A stretch of DNA of 39,690 bases from a virus (lineage: Duplodnaviria; Caudoviricetes). Positions 7,601 to 17,198 of the stretch are shown here, one piece after another. Position 1 is the first letter of the stretch. The number at the start of each line of letters is the position of its first letter. The notes under the pieces are model-generated. The model was not told the DNA's origin. It ran no database searches and was given only the letters and a program-made list of their open reading frames with translations. The stretch is taken from positions 1 to 39,690 of the IMG/VR virus record IMGVR_UViG_3300033416_000017; one strand, given 5' to 3'. Position numbers and translations under genes: made by a program.

Positions 7601-9757
7601 CAGGCCCCGACGCTTCTCGACCAGCATTTCAAGGGAAGGGTCCTCCGTCCTCTGTTCCAGCGCCCGCTCGACCGCCCACGGATAGATCCCGGCCTTGTCC
7701 ACTTCACTGGCCTCGACCGCCGCCCGCAGCGACTCCAAAAATCCACTCAAATCCAGATCGAGCTGCTGCTCCTGGACGGCGTCGTCCCAGGACTGACCCT
7801 TGCCCTTCTCGAAGGTGATCCGCTCCGCCATCGCCTCATTGTAACCCTCTTCGCCCTCCTCGCCTGTGACGGACTCGACCTCGCTGCGATACCGGGGCTC
7901 GACGAAATAGACCCGGTCCGGATTGACCCGCCCGCTCCGCGTACGGCCCTCCAGGCCGCTCTCGATATCCGCCTCCTGATACTGACCGGCCTCGACCATC
8001 ACCTGATAGACCGGATGATTCTTGATCGCCTGGATCGTGGCCTTGAGCTCATCCCGCTCGAATTGCATCCGCTTGTGAGTCCCCGCCTTCATAGCGATCG
8101 CGTCGGCGATGAAGGCGGCCATCTGAGCCTTTTTGCCGCGAACGGCTACGCCAATCTCCCTCGCCTTCGCGAGCAGGCCGGCAACTGATTCCTGGCCAAG
8201 AGCGGATTCGAGCAGATCCCGGGACACGGCCCCCGGCGCCGCCGCCGGTGCACCGCCGGCCACAGGCGATACCACGGCAGCTCCCCCCCCAGCCGCAGCC
8301 GGACCTCCCGGACCGGCACCGGGCGCAGCGGGCGCTGCCGGTTGAGCTCCCGCCGCCCCAGCCTCGGCTACTTCCGGCCGCCCTTGCGGCCCTTGCCCTT
8401 CCCGTGACACGGCATAGTCAGCTCCTTTCTCTGGAATGGATATGGGAATTTCCGTGGCCCGACCATCGGGCATCAGTTGATCGGCCGCATGGACGTGCCC
8501 GGCCCGCAGGCCATAGACATCGACCCCAGCGCTCAGGACCGTACCCGGCAGACCCATCAGGCTGAACCCTTGAACGCTCTTGGCCGCAATCTCCTTGTAC
8601 CGAGCGGAAATCTCCGCGAGCGTCGCCGGCGGAATGTCGAGCCCCCGGGTCTGCTCCATCAGGTACTTATCGAACTCCTCCCCGACCAGATTGACGCTCT
8701 CTTGGGCCAGCTCCTGCGCCGTCTGCTCCGTCAAGAACGCTCCGTATTGAGCCACGTGCCGCGCCGCCAGGTTGCGAAGCGTGCCCTCGCGCACGAGTTT
8801 ATTGACGATCGCACTGATCGACTTGGACGCCAGGGCCTTGCCCCCGGGCAGCGTTCTGAGTAGGGTGCCGATCTGCGCCGTCTCGAGCGCCCCATTGAGC
8901 GCCCCGATCCCCACCGACGTCGCCTTGGCGATATTCGGATCGATCCCCATATCGAGCAGATCGAGTAAAGCCCCGCCCGCCTCCAGTTGCCCGATCCGAT
9001 AGGCCATCGCCATTCCGCCGCCGATCTTGGCGCCGCTCCAGGCCATTGCGGGAATGAGGGCCTCCTCGCCGATCGTCGGACTGGCCAGGCCAGCCGCCGT
9101 ACCCATCAGGCCACCGATCGCCATGCCCGCGCCCGCGCCCCACGGCGCCGCCTGGATGCCCTCGGCCATCAGCGGGATCTGCTCCGCGGAGCTGCTGACC
9201 ATCTTCTCGTACCACGGCCGGAACGCCGCCCGAAAGTCCGTCCCCAGCGCCTTGCGCAGTCGGTCGATTTCCTGCCAGGTCCCCGGCGTGTCCTGCCCCA
9301 TCAGGACCTGCATCCCTAGGTCCGCGAGCTGGACCTGGATCTGGCCATTGCGATAATTCTGGCGAATCCGCTGCCCGATCGTCTCGGTCCCGAGCTTCTC
9401 ACCGAAGAGCGTCTGACTGACGAGGTCCTTATGCTGCGTCGCGACCAGCGGCGGCAGGCCCATATCGAGGATGTAGAAGGCCTCCAGCTTATCCTCCGCC
9501 GTGCGGCCGAATCGCATCCCGGACACCGGCGCGTAAAATTCGCCGAGCTGGTCAAAGACCTCCCGGTCCTTCTCTTCGAGAAACGCCCCGCGAAACGGCG
9601 TCCCGGAAAGGTCGATCCGATAGGGCATCATCCGGCCGAAGATCGGATCGCGCAGGCCCCGCGCTCGTTCGCTCCCCGCCTCCGTCTGCAAGTCCGCGAG
9701 CGACCGGAGGGGCGATCGCGCCTCGCGCTGTAATTCGGCCAGACTCTTTACTGCCAT
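4679..9757 (-). CDS. Large internal virion/ejection protein (T7 gp16-like position)
   Basis: About 1690 aa, helical, with Gly/Ala-rich hydrophobic segments. Third of the three genes between nozzle and fibre. Confidence 0.75.
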   Translation of the reverse strand: MAVKSLAELQREARSPLRSLADLQTEAGSERARGLRDPIFGRMMPYRIDLSGTPFRGAFLEEKDREVFDQLGEFYAPVSGMRFGRTAEDKLEAFYILDMGLPPLVATQHKDLVSQTLFGEKLGTETIGQRIRQNYRNGQIQVQLADLGMQVLMGQDTPGTWQEIDRLRKALGTDFRAAFRPWYEKMVSSSAEQIPLMAEGIQAAPWGAGAGMAIGGLMGTAAGLASPTIGEEALIPAMAWSGAKIGGGMAMAYRIGQLEAGGALLDLLDMGIDPNIAKATSVGIGALNGALETAQIGTLLRTLPGGKALASKSISAIVNKLVREGTLRNLAARHVAQYGAFLTEQTAQELAQESVNLVGEEFDKYLMEQTRGLDIPPATLAEISARYKEIAAKSVQGFSLMGLPGTVLSAGVDVYGLRAGHVHAADQLMPDGRATEIPISIPEKGADYAVSREGQGPQGRPEVAEAGAAGAQPAAPAAPGAGPGGPAAAGGGAAVVSPVAGGAPAAAPGAVSRDLLESALGQESVAGLLAKAREIGVAVRGKKAQMAAFIADAIAMKAGTHKRMQFERDELKATIQAIKNHPVYQVMVEAGQYQEADIESGLEGRTRSGRVNPDRVYFVEPRYRSEVESVTGEEGEEGYNEAMAERITFEKGKGQSWDDAVQEQQLDLDLSGFLESLRAAVEASEVDKAGIYPWAVERALEQRTEDPSLEMLVEKRRGLEAKVSPYEINEAIHKIGARYGLTKEQYGSLLLAEDKLVDVDDPHPGSLTFEEFFERLGRELGERQSTWLQRWNAPVREKPRQMYQRLRAEWEALAATGLADRLTVGQVLAPEPELTAQQKGELQKIDAEKVATDILKRQKEIIIGRLIGGLLDDAAEVKTLRLALKRAYRAGEKEGIAKARQEYRLAQQKLRADERLREHIGKLLRYIKKPAGATLAMEARRAIALIQASIDPHFRAKSTIDTRRAAREYFAQHPDVWVPEKVLERIQSRSPSEMTVAELQEVAQQVRALRHKGRTLQKLIETAKDNRRAEDRNTFLEAIGREHWAPLETGPITKAEREPFGRRVRNLVDLTLTPERFLDKLEGGKGFAGSIFRLMWDTVATKASEKIRMTHSRWDAVEAKLKSLGVTRTDLTQTAITVNGKEYSGQEAVGVYNFMRNISSRLAITFGNRIAIADQSRIAHFVEEEAPALKELADWMIEFYDERYEPMRQATIEAFGMDPGREENYTPMRRMEVDFVPDERQIREELEARFHLKKAIVEHGFAIMRKDIPEQHQKPIRLDSMMLLYEQIEREEHEIAFAVLVRRMNELIYDPQVKTAVLNKLGRSGWERLKNYIDAVANPNIYRTYHDLERMVATLRSHAAIAYLAGKLSTMLLQPVSVMLYLPEAGHHLFISAWKTVADWEGVRQFVVEKDPLMDSPVLEREFEELREKDAKIKSALRTIGEWGLKPLTAFDAVGRTIGWYGTYLHQYDRLIREGKTNEEAEAEAARVARHTTTRSQPGARAFELAEMYRTSVWVNVIQQFTQQLNRQWNMTVYDLPAAWKNAQYQQAAAIFAGLGINAILVWTIQNGRLPEDDEDLMEAFSDQFITQIPFIGLAWIAYEEGFGGGAGVPAIEGAAQLASNTVKVGRSLIRGDFDEKALSKAIEGLAPVIGMPWSGPKRIVAAIRTGNPWELLGRPKPKKPKRRKGKSIASR

Positions 9758-11340
9758 TTCCGAGCCCATTTATCGTAATACTGCTTCTGCGCTTCCGGCT
9801 GACCCTCCAGACTCTTGACCGTCTCGTAAAACTCCTCGACCGTGGCCGGCTCGATCGCCGAGTCGACGCCCTGATAGACTGGCGGTGCGGGCGCGACGGC
9901 CGCCGTCGATGCCGCCCGCCTGCTTTCATTGAGCTGATCCAATCCGCCCCATTCCGTCGTGCTGCCCACCCTCGACAAAAGACTGCCGACCCGCTTCCAG
10001 AATCCCGGCTTGACAAGGGCCTGGATCATCGCCTCTTTCTTCGCCGAAATCTCGGCGTCCGTCGCGTCGGGATGATCGTTCGACCAGCGGGCCCACTGCT
10101 GCTTCGCATCGAGATAGACTCGCTGCGCCTCCGGGGTGCCGACCTCACCGAAGACGCCCAGATCGTAGTCCTCATCGAGCAGTCGATCGACGACCTTGAC
10201 TCCCACGCGAGATCCAGGATCCGCGGCCGTCCCCGCCAGTTGGATCTGCTTGATCAGGTCTTGGCCGCTCTGCGGAAGGCTGCCGGCATGATGACGGACG
10301 TAGATCGAGGCCTCGCGACGTTTCGAAGGATCTTCGCGAACCCGCCGCAGCCAGTCGTACGCCTCCTCCAGAACGGCCAGATCGTCCGTCGTCCGATTCT
10401 CCAGACGCTTGAGCATGATCTCTCTCGCTTGGCCGGCGACCGTGGCGTCCACTTCATTGTCCCGGACCTTTTGGGGCAGGGTCGCCAGGTCGAGCTTGCC
10501 CTCCCAGGCCTCCGCGAGGACCTCGTCGTCGGCCTTCTCTTTCGCCGCCCGGTCGCGCCCCTCCGCGAGCGCCTTGGCGTCGCTGACGAACTTGTCGAGA
10601 TCCGTCTTGATCTGGCCCGCGGCGGCGAGGTCGAGTCCGAAAGCCTTCTGAAATTCCGGATCGTTCAGCGCCGTCTCGGCGGCTTCCCAGCCGGAGCTCT
10701 GCGCCAGGCCCTGGAGATAGCGCTGGGCCGCATCGAGGATGCCCTGCTGCTGCGCCTTGGCGATCGCGGTCTCGATCCTCTGGCGATCGCCGGCCGAGAA
10801 GCGGTCCTGATACTGGTCCAGCAGCTCGGCGGCTTCGCTGGCCCGGTCCTGGCCCGCCAGCTCGAGGATCTCGGAGGTGATATCTTCGGTCTCCAGGGTG
10901 GTCAGGATGTGGGCGGCCTGGCCGGACCACTGGGGCGCGTTCTCATTGAACCGCAGCTCGAGGCGCTGCCTCGCCGGCGTCGAGAGCCCCTCGCCGAGCC
11001 GCTCGTATTCGGCCTGGAGGGCATCGGGGAAGTTCTTGAGCTCCAGCTCGTACCCGGTCGTGTTGGCCCCGCTCTCGGGATCGAGCTGGGTCGCGGCCAG
11101 GTCCTTGCGCCGCGTGGCCAGCTCCTGGAGGTACTTGACCCGCCAGTCGTCGAGCGACCGCCAGGCCCGGCTGTACGCGAGGATATCGCTCCGTTCGGCC
11201 TTGGCCTCGGCGTAGTTGACCAGGGCCCCGCCGAGTTGGGCGATCGTCCCGCCCAGCCGCGCATTGGCCGCCGCCGCCAGTCCCGCATTCTGCTGGACCG
11301 CGATCCCCGGAGCCACCGATCGGTAGAACTGTGGAATCAT
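9748..11340 (-). CDS. Internal virion/ejection protein (gp15-like position)
   Basis: 530 aa, helical, Ala/Glu-rich, N-terminal LGGTIAQLGGAL motif. Assigned by synteny. Confidence 0.7.
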   Translation of the reverse strand: MIPQFYRSVAPGIAVQQNAGLAAAANARLGGTIAQLGGALVNYAEAKAERSDILAYSRAWRSLDDWRVKYLQELATRRKDLAATQLDPESGANTTGYELELKNFPDALQAEYERLGEGLSTPARQRLELRFNENAPQWSGQAAHILTTLETEDITSEILELAGQDRASEAAELLDQYQDRFSAGDRQRIETAIAKAQQQGILDAAQRYLQGLAQSSGWEAAETALNDPEFQKAFGLDLAAAGQIKTDLDKFVSDAKALAEGRDRAAKEKADDEVLAEAWEGKLDLATLPQKVRDNEVDATVAGQAREIMLKRLENRTTDDLAVLEEAYDWLRRVREDPSKRREASIYVRHHAGSLPQSGQDLIKQIQLAGTAADPGSRVGVKVVDRLLDEDYDLGVFGEVGTPEAQRVYLDAKQQWARWSNDHPDATDAEISAKKEAMIQALVKPGFWKRVGSLLSRVGSTTEWGGLDQLNESRRAASTAAVAPAPPVYQGVDSAIEPATVEEFYETVKSLEGQPEAQKQYYDKWARKWQ

Positions 11341-11404
11341 AAGAGAGTTGTGGGTTGTGGGTTGTTGGTTGTTGGTTTCATTCCTGTGCTATCCGTCCTA
11401 TCGA

Positions 11405-11848
11405 TTAGAAGAAGCTGCTGAACGCCCCGACGATCCCCTGCCGCTTCGCGGACCGCGCCGCCTTCTTCAATTCCTTGGCCTCACGGTACAGGGCGCTGAC
11501 GTTCGCGGCGACGTTGCGGCCGTGCATCATCCGCTCCAGGACGAGCTCCTGCTGGGTCCTTTGCATCAGCTCCATCGGCGCCCCTTCCAGTCGGACCCCG
11601 GCCTGCCCGAAGAGTTGCCGCTGGGTCGACAGCATCCGCCGGGCGTCCTCGTTCATCCGGATCTGCTGCCAGATCCCCTGCTCCGCCGTCTGGGCCGCCT
11701 CCTGCTGCTTGACCTTGGCCTGGGCCTTGAGGGACCGGGCCTGCTCGAATCCGGCCATCAGCGAGCCCGCCGCGCCCAGGACGCCGCCCGCGACGCTGAG
11801 CGTGTTGGTCAGTCCCCACTTCTGGCCGCTTTGAGGCAGGGTCAGCAT
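11405..11848 (-). CDS. Small internal virion/ejection protein (gp14-like)
   Basis: 147 aa with Gly/Ala-rich N-terminus, Gln-rich coil and QAGVRLEGAP motif. Directly after the nozzle gene. Confidence 0.75.
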   Translation of the reverse strand: MLTLPQSGQKWGLTNTLSVAGGVLGAAGSLMAGFEQARSLKAQAKVKQQEAAQTAEQGIWQQIRMNEDARRMLSTQRQLFGQAGVRLEGAPMELMQRTQQELVLERMMHGRNVAANVSALYREAKELKKAARSAKRQGIVGAFSSFF

Positions 11849-14212
11849 TTAGCGGACCTCCACGATCGCCACGATGGCGCGAACGGTCATCGGTAGCGGC
11901 TCGGATTGCTGGATCGTCAATTTGGCCCCGTCGGTCGTGAAGGCGGCCGGCAGGGTGATCTCCAGATCGCCCGTGAATAGCGGCGTCGCCCCCTCGCTGA
12001 CGACGGCCCCGGGCGCCCGCCAGGGCAGATCGGTTTTCAGGTGGCCGGCGTCCTGCCCGACGGCGGCCCCGGCCGTCTCGTAGAAACTGACGGTCGCCCG
12101 ACTGACGGCCTTGCGGCGGGCCCAGGTCGCCCCCTGCTGGCTCTGGACGTCGTACCGGACCGTGCCCAGGGTCGAGACGAATGGGAGCCCCACATGGACA
12201 ACCGACGCCGCCCGGTCCAGCGTTATCGCGCCCGAGGCGACCGTTTCACCGGCCACGGGGGCCCCATCCGCGCAGATCGCGACCGAGCAGCCCTCCAGGT
12301 GGGCCAGGCCCGAGAAGCTCGTCGTCGCCGACCCATCGTAGGACAGGCCCGAATCCACGAAGTACACGTCATTCTGGTCGCTGCCCCACTCCCAGGGGGC
12401 CAGATACTCGACGTAGCGGACCGGCTGCGCGTCGATCGTCCGCAGGACGGTCAGCCAGAGCTCATCCTCCGTCGCCCCCGGGACCACGGTCAGGTCCTCG
12501 ACGACTCCGGAGCCGCCGAGGGTGTGGCGGTGCCAGCCGACGACCTGATAGTTTCGGTCGTAGGTCAGTCCGATCAATTGACCATCCGTGCGGACCGCCC
12601 AGAGGATCGTATAGGGCTGGCTCTGCCAGGCCATGGCCGTGATGCCGTCCCCGCTGACATGCTCGGCGAACAGAGTCAGGTCCGGCGCGACGAGCGCGTC
12701 GGCGTCGTAGCTGTAGAGGACCTCGCGGAGCTTGCGGCCGTGGCGCTGGAGGACCAGGACGATATTGTCGGCCAGGGTCGGGGCCCGCTCGGCGCAGGGC
12801 ACGGCCAGGGTATTGCTGACCGTCGGCGGATTGCTCGGCGTGATCGCGGAGCCGCTGTCCATCGGCTCGACCTCGAGGATCGCCCCGGTCGTGCCGCACA
12901 GCAGGCCGCGGCGTCTCTGGGTCATCACCCAGACGATGGGGTCCTGCTCGGACCGGCCGAGGGTATAGCCGAAGGCGTCGGCCTCGTCGCCGGTCCCGGT
13001 ATCGAAGCTCTCGTAGTCGCCCGTCTTGGAGAACCACATGGTGACCGGCTGGTGGGTCGTCGAGGCCAGGACCAGGCGGTCCGAGTAGCTGCCGATCGCC
13101 CGCGGGTAGCCGCGGTAGGGACTCCAGGCCCCTTCCGACCAGCGGATGGTTGCACTCGTCGAGGCGAGCGTCCGGACCACGTCACAGAAGACCATGCACG
13201 GATCGTTGTAGTCGGTGATCTGGACGACCCCAACGTGCATATAGGCATGGCGCCAGAGCTGGTAATAGACCGCTCCGGAGGTATAGGCCGTGCACCGGAC
13301 CCGCAGCAGCAGGTCCTGATCCGTATCGTTCGGATAGACCGTGGCGACCGTCGAGATGGCGCCCGTGCCCGTGGCGACGGTGTAGGCGGTCCACGTCGCC
13401 CCGGAGTCGATCGACATCTGGAGTTCGACCGTTCCGGTCAGATTGCCGGACAGGGACCACTGGAAATTGTTGTCCGCCTGGACCGAGACGGTCGCCGAGT
13501 TGGTGTCGGCCGCCGTCAGCGTGCCGGCGACGCTGGCGATCGCGACCAGGTCCCGGAGCCGCCAGTAGCCGCCGATCATACTGGCATTGAAGATGGCCGT
13601 CGAGGCGACCAGATTGACGTCGGTGCCGGTGACGGCCGAGGCGGCGACCGTCGTGGCCGTCAGATTCTCGGTCAGGAAGGGCCCATCGTCGATCGCCGCG
13701 TCGTTGATGTCCCAATCGTTGTGGTCCGTGCGGACCAGCTTCTGCGGCCAGCCGGATCCGTCGACCAGATAGCAGACGTCCGCCGATTGCCAGACCTGGA
13801 GCTCCGCCAGGCTGTTCACCGCGAACGGCGTGGCCAGTTCATAGATCGAGTCGTCGTCGTTCGTGACCAGCCCGTGGTCGCGATAGACCCGCATTTTGAG
13901 GTCTGTAAACTCCAGGACATAGACGTCGTCGGCCGAGTAGCGGAAGGGGATCAGCCGGGCGGCGTTGTTGGCGTCCGTGGCGGCGACGAACCGGGTGCCC
14001 GGCCGGCGGATGGCCGGCCCTTGCGGACTGACGATCAGATTCTCGACGGTCGTCGCGCTGGTGAAGTAGCGCTGGGCATCGATCCGGGCCGCCGCCAGGG
14101 GCGAGAGCTCCCCGCCGGTGAAACTGGACTGCATGAAGGGCAGCGTCTGCGCCCCGGCGATCGAGGCGAAGACCAGTCCGATCCAGATTATTCGCTTCGG
14201 CTGTCGAGCCAT
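11849..14212 (-). CDS. Tail tubular protein B / nozzle (T7 gp12- / P22 gp10-like) with N-terminal signal peptide
   Basis: QSSFTGGELSP...RRPGTRFV, WSEGAWS..RGYPR and QSEPLPMTVRAI are nozzle signatures. Real start is ATG 14212 with GGGAG RBS (787 aa); the upstream extension to 15391 is a shadow ORF. Confidence 0.9.
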   Translation of the reverse strand: MARQPKRIIWIGLVFASIAGAQTLPFMQSSFTGGELSPLAAARIDAQRYFTSATTVENLIVSPQGPAIRRPGTRFVAATDANNAARLIPFRYSADDVYVLEFTDLKMRVYRDHGLVTNDDDSIYELATPFAVNSLAELQVWQSADVCYLVDGSGWPQKLVRTDHNDWDINDAAIDDGPFLTENLTATTVAASAVTGTDVNLVASTAIFNASMIGGYWRLRDLVAIASVAGTLTAADTNSATVSVQADNNFQWSLSGNLTGTVELQMSIDSGATWTAYTVATGTGAISTVATVYPNDTDQDLLLRVRCTAYTSGAVYYQLWRHAYMHVGVVQITDYNDPCMVFCDVVRTLASTSATIRWSEGAWSPYRGYPRAIGSYSDRLVLASTTHQPVTMWFSKTGDYESFDTGTGDEADAFGYTLGRSEQDPIVWVMTQRRRGLLCGTTGAILEVEPMDSGSAITPSNPPTVSNTLAVPCAERAPTLADNIVLVLQRHGRKLREVLYSYDADALVAPDLTLFAEHVSGDGITAMAWQSQPYTILWAVRTDGQLIGLTYDRNYQVVGWHRHTLGGSGVVEDLTVVPGATEDELWLTVLRTIDAQPVRYVEYLAPWEWGSDQNDVYFVDSGLSYDGSATTSFSGLAHLEGCSVAICADGAPVAGETVASGAITLDRAASVVHVGLPFVSTLGTVRYDVQSQQGATWARRKAVSRATVSFYETAGAAVGQDAGHLKTDLPWRAPGAVVSEGATPLFTGDLEITLPAAFTTDGAKLTIQQSEPLPMTVRAIVAIVEVR

Positions 14213-14784
14213 TCCGTTGACTCCCAGGTGCCCGCCATGCCCTCCGCCGAGTCCGCGAACCGGGCCGCCGGCAGGCTGACCCGTTCGTGCCACAGTGTCA
14301 ACTCCTGAGCCCGCTGGAGTGAATTCTCGCCCTGGAAGGCCGGGACCAGGTGCGCCGCCAGCCGCATGACCAGGGCCTCGACAAAGAGCGGATCGTACAG
14401 GTCCGTGTCCTCCGTCCGGGCCACATACCAGATATCGACGTCCGTCTCGTCCGTGTGGATTGTCCGGCCGACGCGGCGGTAGGTCACGTCGGGATCCTCG
14501 AACCGCAGCCAGCCGAGATAGTCCGCCGGCAGAGAGTACGCGTAGCTGTACCCGAAGGCCGGCGCCGTCGTGATCGAGGCGGAGATATCCGCCTGCCTCA
14601 GCAGGCAGTTCCACGGATGGCTCCGCGCCGTCGCCTCGAAGGCCAGGCCCCAATAGAGCAGGCACATCTGGACCTCCTGCGGGACGGCCGTCGAGCCGCC
14701 CGAGTAGTCCAGACTGTTGATCAGTTGGCTGTGCCCCGCCTTGGCCAGCGCCATATTGCAGATATCGATCTTGGACCAGCTCAT
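14188..14784 (-). CDS. Tail tubular protein A / adaptor (T7 gp11-like)
   Basis: MSWSKIDICNMAL, HPWN, YAYSLPADYL and DPLFVEALVMRLAAHL are adaptor signatures. No signal peptide. Confidence 0.88.
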   Translation of the reverse strand: MSWSKIDICNMALAKAGHSQLINSLDYSGGSTAVPQEVQMCLLYWGLAFEATARSHPWNCLLRQADISASITTAPAFGYSYAYSLPADYLGWLRFEDPDVTYRRVGRTIHTDETDVDIWYVARTEDTDLYDPLFVEALVMRLAAHLVPAFQGENSLQRAQELTLWHERVSLPAARFADSAEGMAGTWESTEWLDSRSE

Positions 14785-14793
14785 CGCATCGCC

Positions 14794-15405
14794 TCAGTAC
14801 AATCGCCCGTAGGCGTAGAGGGTCGAGGACGCCTGCAACGTCGTGGCGATCCCGACGATCGTCTGGAATCCGCACGTCTGGAACGAGACGACGCACCGCC
14901 GATCCGCGGCACTGTCGGAGACGCCGAATCCGAAGATCCCGTCGGTCGCGACGATCGTGTCGACGTAGACGTTGGAGTGACTGCCGACCTGCTTGCCGCC
15001 CGTCAGGACGAGCTGGCCGCCATAGACGGCGTCGTCGCCCAGGCTGAGAGTCCCGTACTGGTCCCGCATCAGGCGGTCCGCGAAGGCCAGCAGGACGATC
15101 GTCGTACTGTCCGCGTCGGCCGTCGTCTGAAAGCTCATCTGGGCCTTGCGGCCCCAGTTCTCGATATTCCAGACGAAGACCTTGGCGTCCGCCAGGGCCA
15201 AAACGGTCGTATAGTCCCGGTCGGCGACGGCCGGCACGTCCTGCTGACTGGTGATCGTGCCGAGCTCCGACCATCGATAGCCGGTCCCGGCCAGCAGGAC
15301 CGGCACGGGCGATTCCGCCCTGGGCGGCTGGGCCTGCGCCAGCGGGATGGTCAGAATGGCCACGGCGATCGTGGCCAGGCCGATCAGGCAAAAGATCCGT
15401 CTCAT
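14794..15405 (-). CDS. Exported beta-rich virion-associated protein
   Basis: RBS GAAGGAG before ATG 15405. Signal peptide MRRIFCLIGLATIAVAILTIPLAQA|Q. Confidence 0.75.
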   Translation of the reverse strand: MRRIFCLIGLATIAVAILTIPLAQAQPPRAESPVPVLLAGTGYRWSELGTITSQQDVPAVADRDYTTVLALADAKVFVWNIENWGRKAQMSFQTTADADSTTIVLLAFADRLMRDQYGTLSLGDDAVYGGQLVLTGGKQVGSHSNVYVDTIVATDGIFGFGVSDSAADRRCVVSFQTCGFQTIVGIATTLQASSTLYAYGRLY

Positions 15406-15424
15406 GGCAAACTCCTTCAATTGA

Positions 15425-15985
15425 TCAGGGCAGGTTGATATAGATTTTCTTGATCCATAAGAGCAGGGAGTTCGGGTCGCTGCTCGACTCGGGGGTCATG
15501 ACGTAGTCGGCGACGCTGGCGTCGTTGACGTCGCCGATGGCCGCGGCCAATTGATAGCGCACGGCGCTGCGGATATCCGTTGTGCTCATGAAGCCGTAGT
15601 CGGTGAAGCAGTCGTAGGCGTCGGCGTCGACGACGAAGAAGGACTCCGGCACGGTCACGCCGTTGGCGTCGGGCCAGTCTACGATCAGGATCCCGACCGT
15701 GTCGGTGTCCGCGGCGTCGAGCTTGACGACCCGCTGGCCCGTGACGGCTTCGACCGTCGGGGCGTTGGCGTCGTTCTTGGCCGCCGAGGCGCCGCCCGCC
15801 TTACTGATCAGGACGTGCGCGGCGTGGGCCGTGATGCCCGTGGTCTTGCGGGTGCCGTCCTCGTAGACCCAGACCGGCTTGAGCTTGATGGTCACGGCGG
15901 TCGATTTCCTCAGCCAGGTCCCCGGCGCCGCGATCGCCGAAACGCAGGCCGCCAGAACGATGAGGGTGACGATCAGCTTCTTCAT
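15425..15985 (-). CDS. Exported virion-associated protein
   Basis: RBS GGAG. Signal peptide MKKLIVTLIVLAACVSAIA|A, followed by a beta-rich domain (VLISKAGGA...VKLDAADTDTVG). Confidence 0.78.
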   Translation of the reverse strand: MKKLIVTLIVLAACVSAIAAPGTWLRKSTAVTIKLKPVWVYEDGTRKTTGITAHAAHVLISKAGGASAAKNDANAPTVEAVTGQRVVKLDAADTDTVGILIVDWPDANGVTVPESFFVVDADAYDCFTDYGFMSTTDIRSAVRYQLAAAIGDVNDASVADYVMTPESSSDPNSLLLWIKKIYINLP

Positions 15986-15989
15986 AGGA

Positions 15990-17198
15990 TCACTCCAAAA
16001 CCCACCAGGGGAACCATGTCGTGCTCGTATCGACGAGATAACTCATCCCCGAGACAATGCTGGCATCGGGGGTGCTACTGGGCTCGATCATCGTATTGAG
16101 ATAACTGTCTTCGGCCACTGTGACCTGCTGGGCGGCGCTGCCGGTGTAGTAGGTGTCCGACAGAGTCAGCCCGAGCGCGGGGGACGCCGCCGCGCCATTG
16201 ACGCGGAGCGAGAACGCATAGCTGTTGCCCGACCCGGGCGCCGCCGTCATGACCACGTAGAGATTGCGGATCGTCAAGGCCGGCACTTTCTGCTGGGCGA
16301 GATTCTCATTGGTCAGGCGGATCTGGACCGTGTTGGGCGCGTAATAGGTCGGGACGCTATTGCTGATCGCCACGGAATCGGAGGACCAGAGCGCCCAGCG
16401 GTTGGACATGGCCATCGTGAAGACGACCCCCCAGCCCAAATGGCCCGACGGAGGAGAACCCGTATCGGTGATGTCCAGAAAGGCCGTGTCCCCCGCGCTG
16501 ACGGCGACCGAGTTGGCATCGTCCGCGGCGTAGGTGTCGGCCTCGCCGAAGGTGGCGGTCAGATTGGTCTCGCCGCCGTTCACCCGCATGATCATCTCCC
16601 GGGCGCATCCGTCGCCCGGGGCGGTCCCGAGAACGCCGTGCAGCCGGCTCAGACTGCCGGCGATGGGAAAGACCAATTTGGTGTAGCTGGAGCCCGTCTG
16701 GGAGTACTTGGGCACCAGGTACGTGTGCCCGCCGGAGGAGAGCCAGCCCCGGCCGAGCATGACCTGGCTTTTGGGCATACTCGGCTCGTAGGAGATCGCC
16801 CAGTGCAGATTGGAATCGGCCGGCGTCGAGGTCTTCGACCAGTACAGGGCGATCGGATCGTTCGCGTCGAAGGCGACATCGAGCGTGTTGCTGTCCTTGG
16901 TCTCGCTGTCGCTGATCGTCACGGACAGGGCCGTCGGCGTCGTGCCCTTTTGCAGCGTGAGTTTCCAGGCCTTGCCCGACCCCGGAGCGGTGGGACACCA
17001 GACCGTCAGGTCCTTGACGGTCAGGGCAATCGGGACGCGGGAATAGCCGTAGCCTTCGAGCAGGGAGATCCCGATGGAATCGACCAGATAGTAGGGCTGG
17101 CCGGCCGTGGGGACGGTCGCGCTTCGGCCGATCCAGAGCGGATAGGCGGCGTCACAGACACCGATGACCATCAGACTGAGGAGCAGGGCTCTTTTCAT
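15990..17198 (-). CDS. Exported protein with three tandem beta-sandwich-like repeats
   Basis: Signal peptide MKRALLLSLMVIGVCDA|A. Three repeats: LTVKDLTVWCPTAPGSG, GSLSRLHGVLGTAPGDG, LTIRNLYVVMTAAPGSG. Confidence 0.78.
   Translation of the reverse strand: MKRALLLSLMVIGVCDAAYPLWIGRSATVPTAGQPYYLVDSIGISLLEGYGYSRVPIALTVKDLTVWCPTAPGSGKAWKLTLQKGTTPTALSVTISDSETKDSNTLDVAFDANDPIALYWSKTSTPADSNLHWAISYEPSMPKSQVMLGRGWLSSGGHTYLVPKYSQTGSSYTKLVFPIAGSLSRLHGVLGTAPGDGCAREMIMRVNGGETNLTATFGEADTYAADDANSVAVSAGDTAFLDITDTGSPPSGHLGWGVVFTMAMSNRWALWSSDSVAISNSVPTYYAPNTVQIRLTNENLAQQKVPALTIRNLYVVMTAAPGSGNSYAFSLRVNGAAASPALGLTLSDTYYTGSAAQQVTVAEDSYLNTMIEPSSTPDASIVSGMSYLVDTSTTWFPWWVLE

Noticed and set aside
14213-15391. N-terminal 390-aa extension of the 1180-aa ORF 11849..15391
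   Set aside because: It overlaps two real genes in other frames and is Arg/Gly/Pro-rich noise. The nozzle starts at ATG 14212, which has its own RBS.
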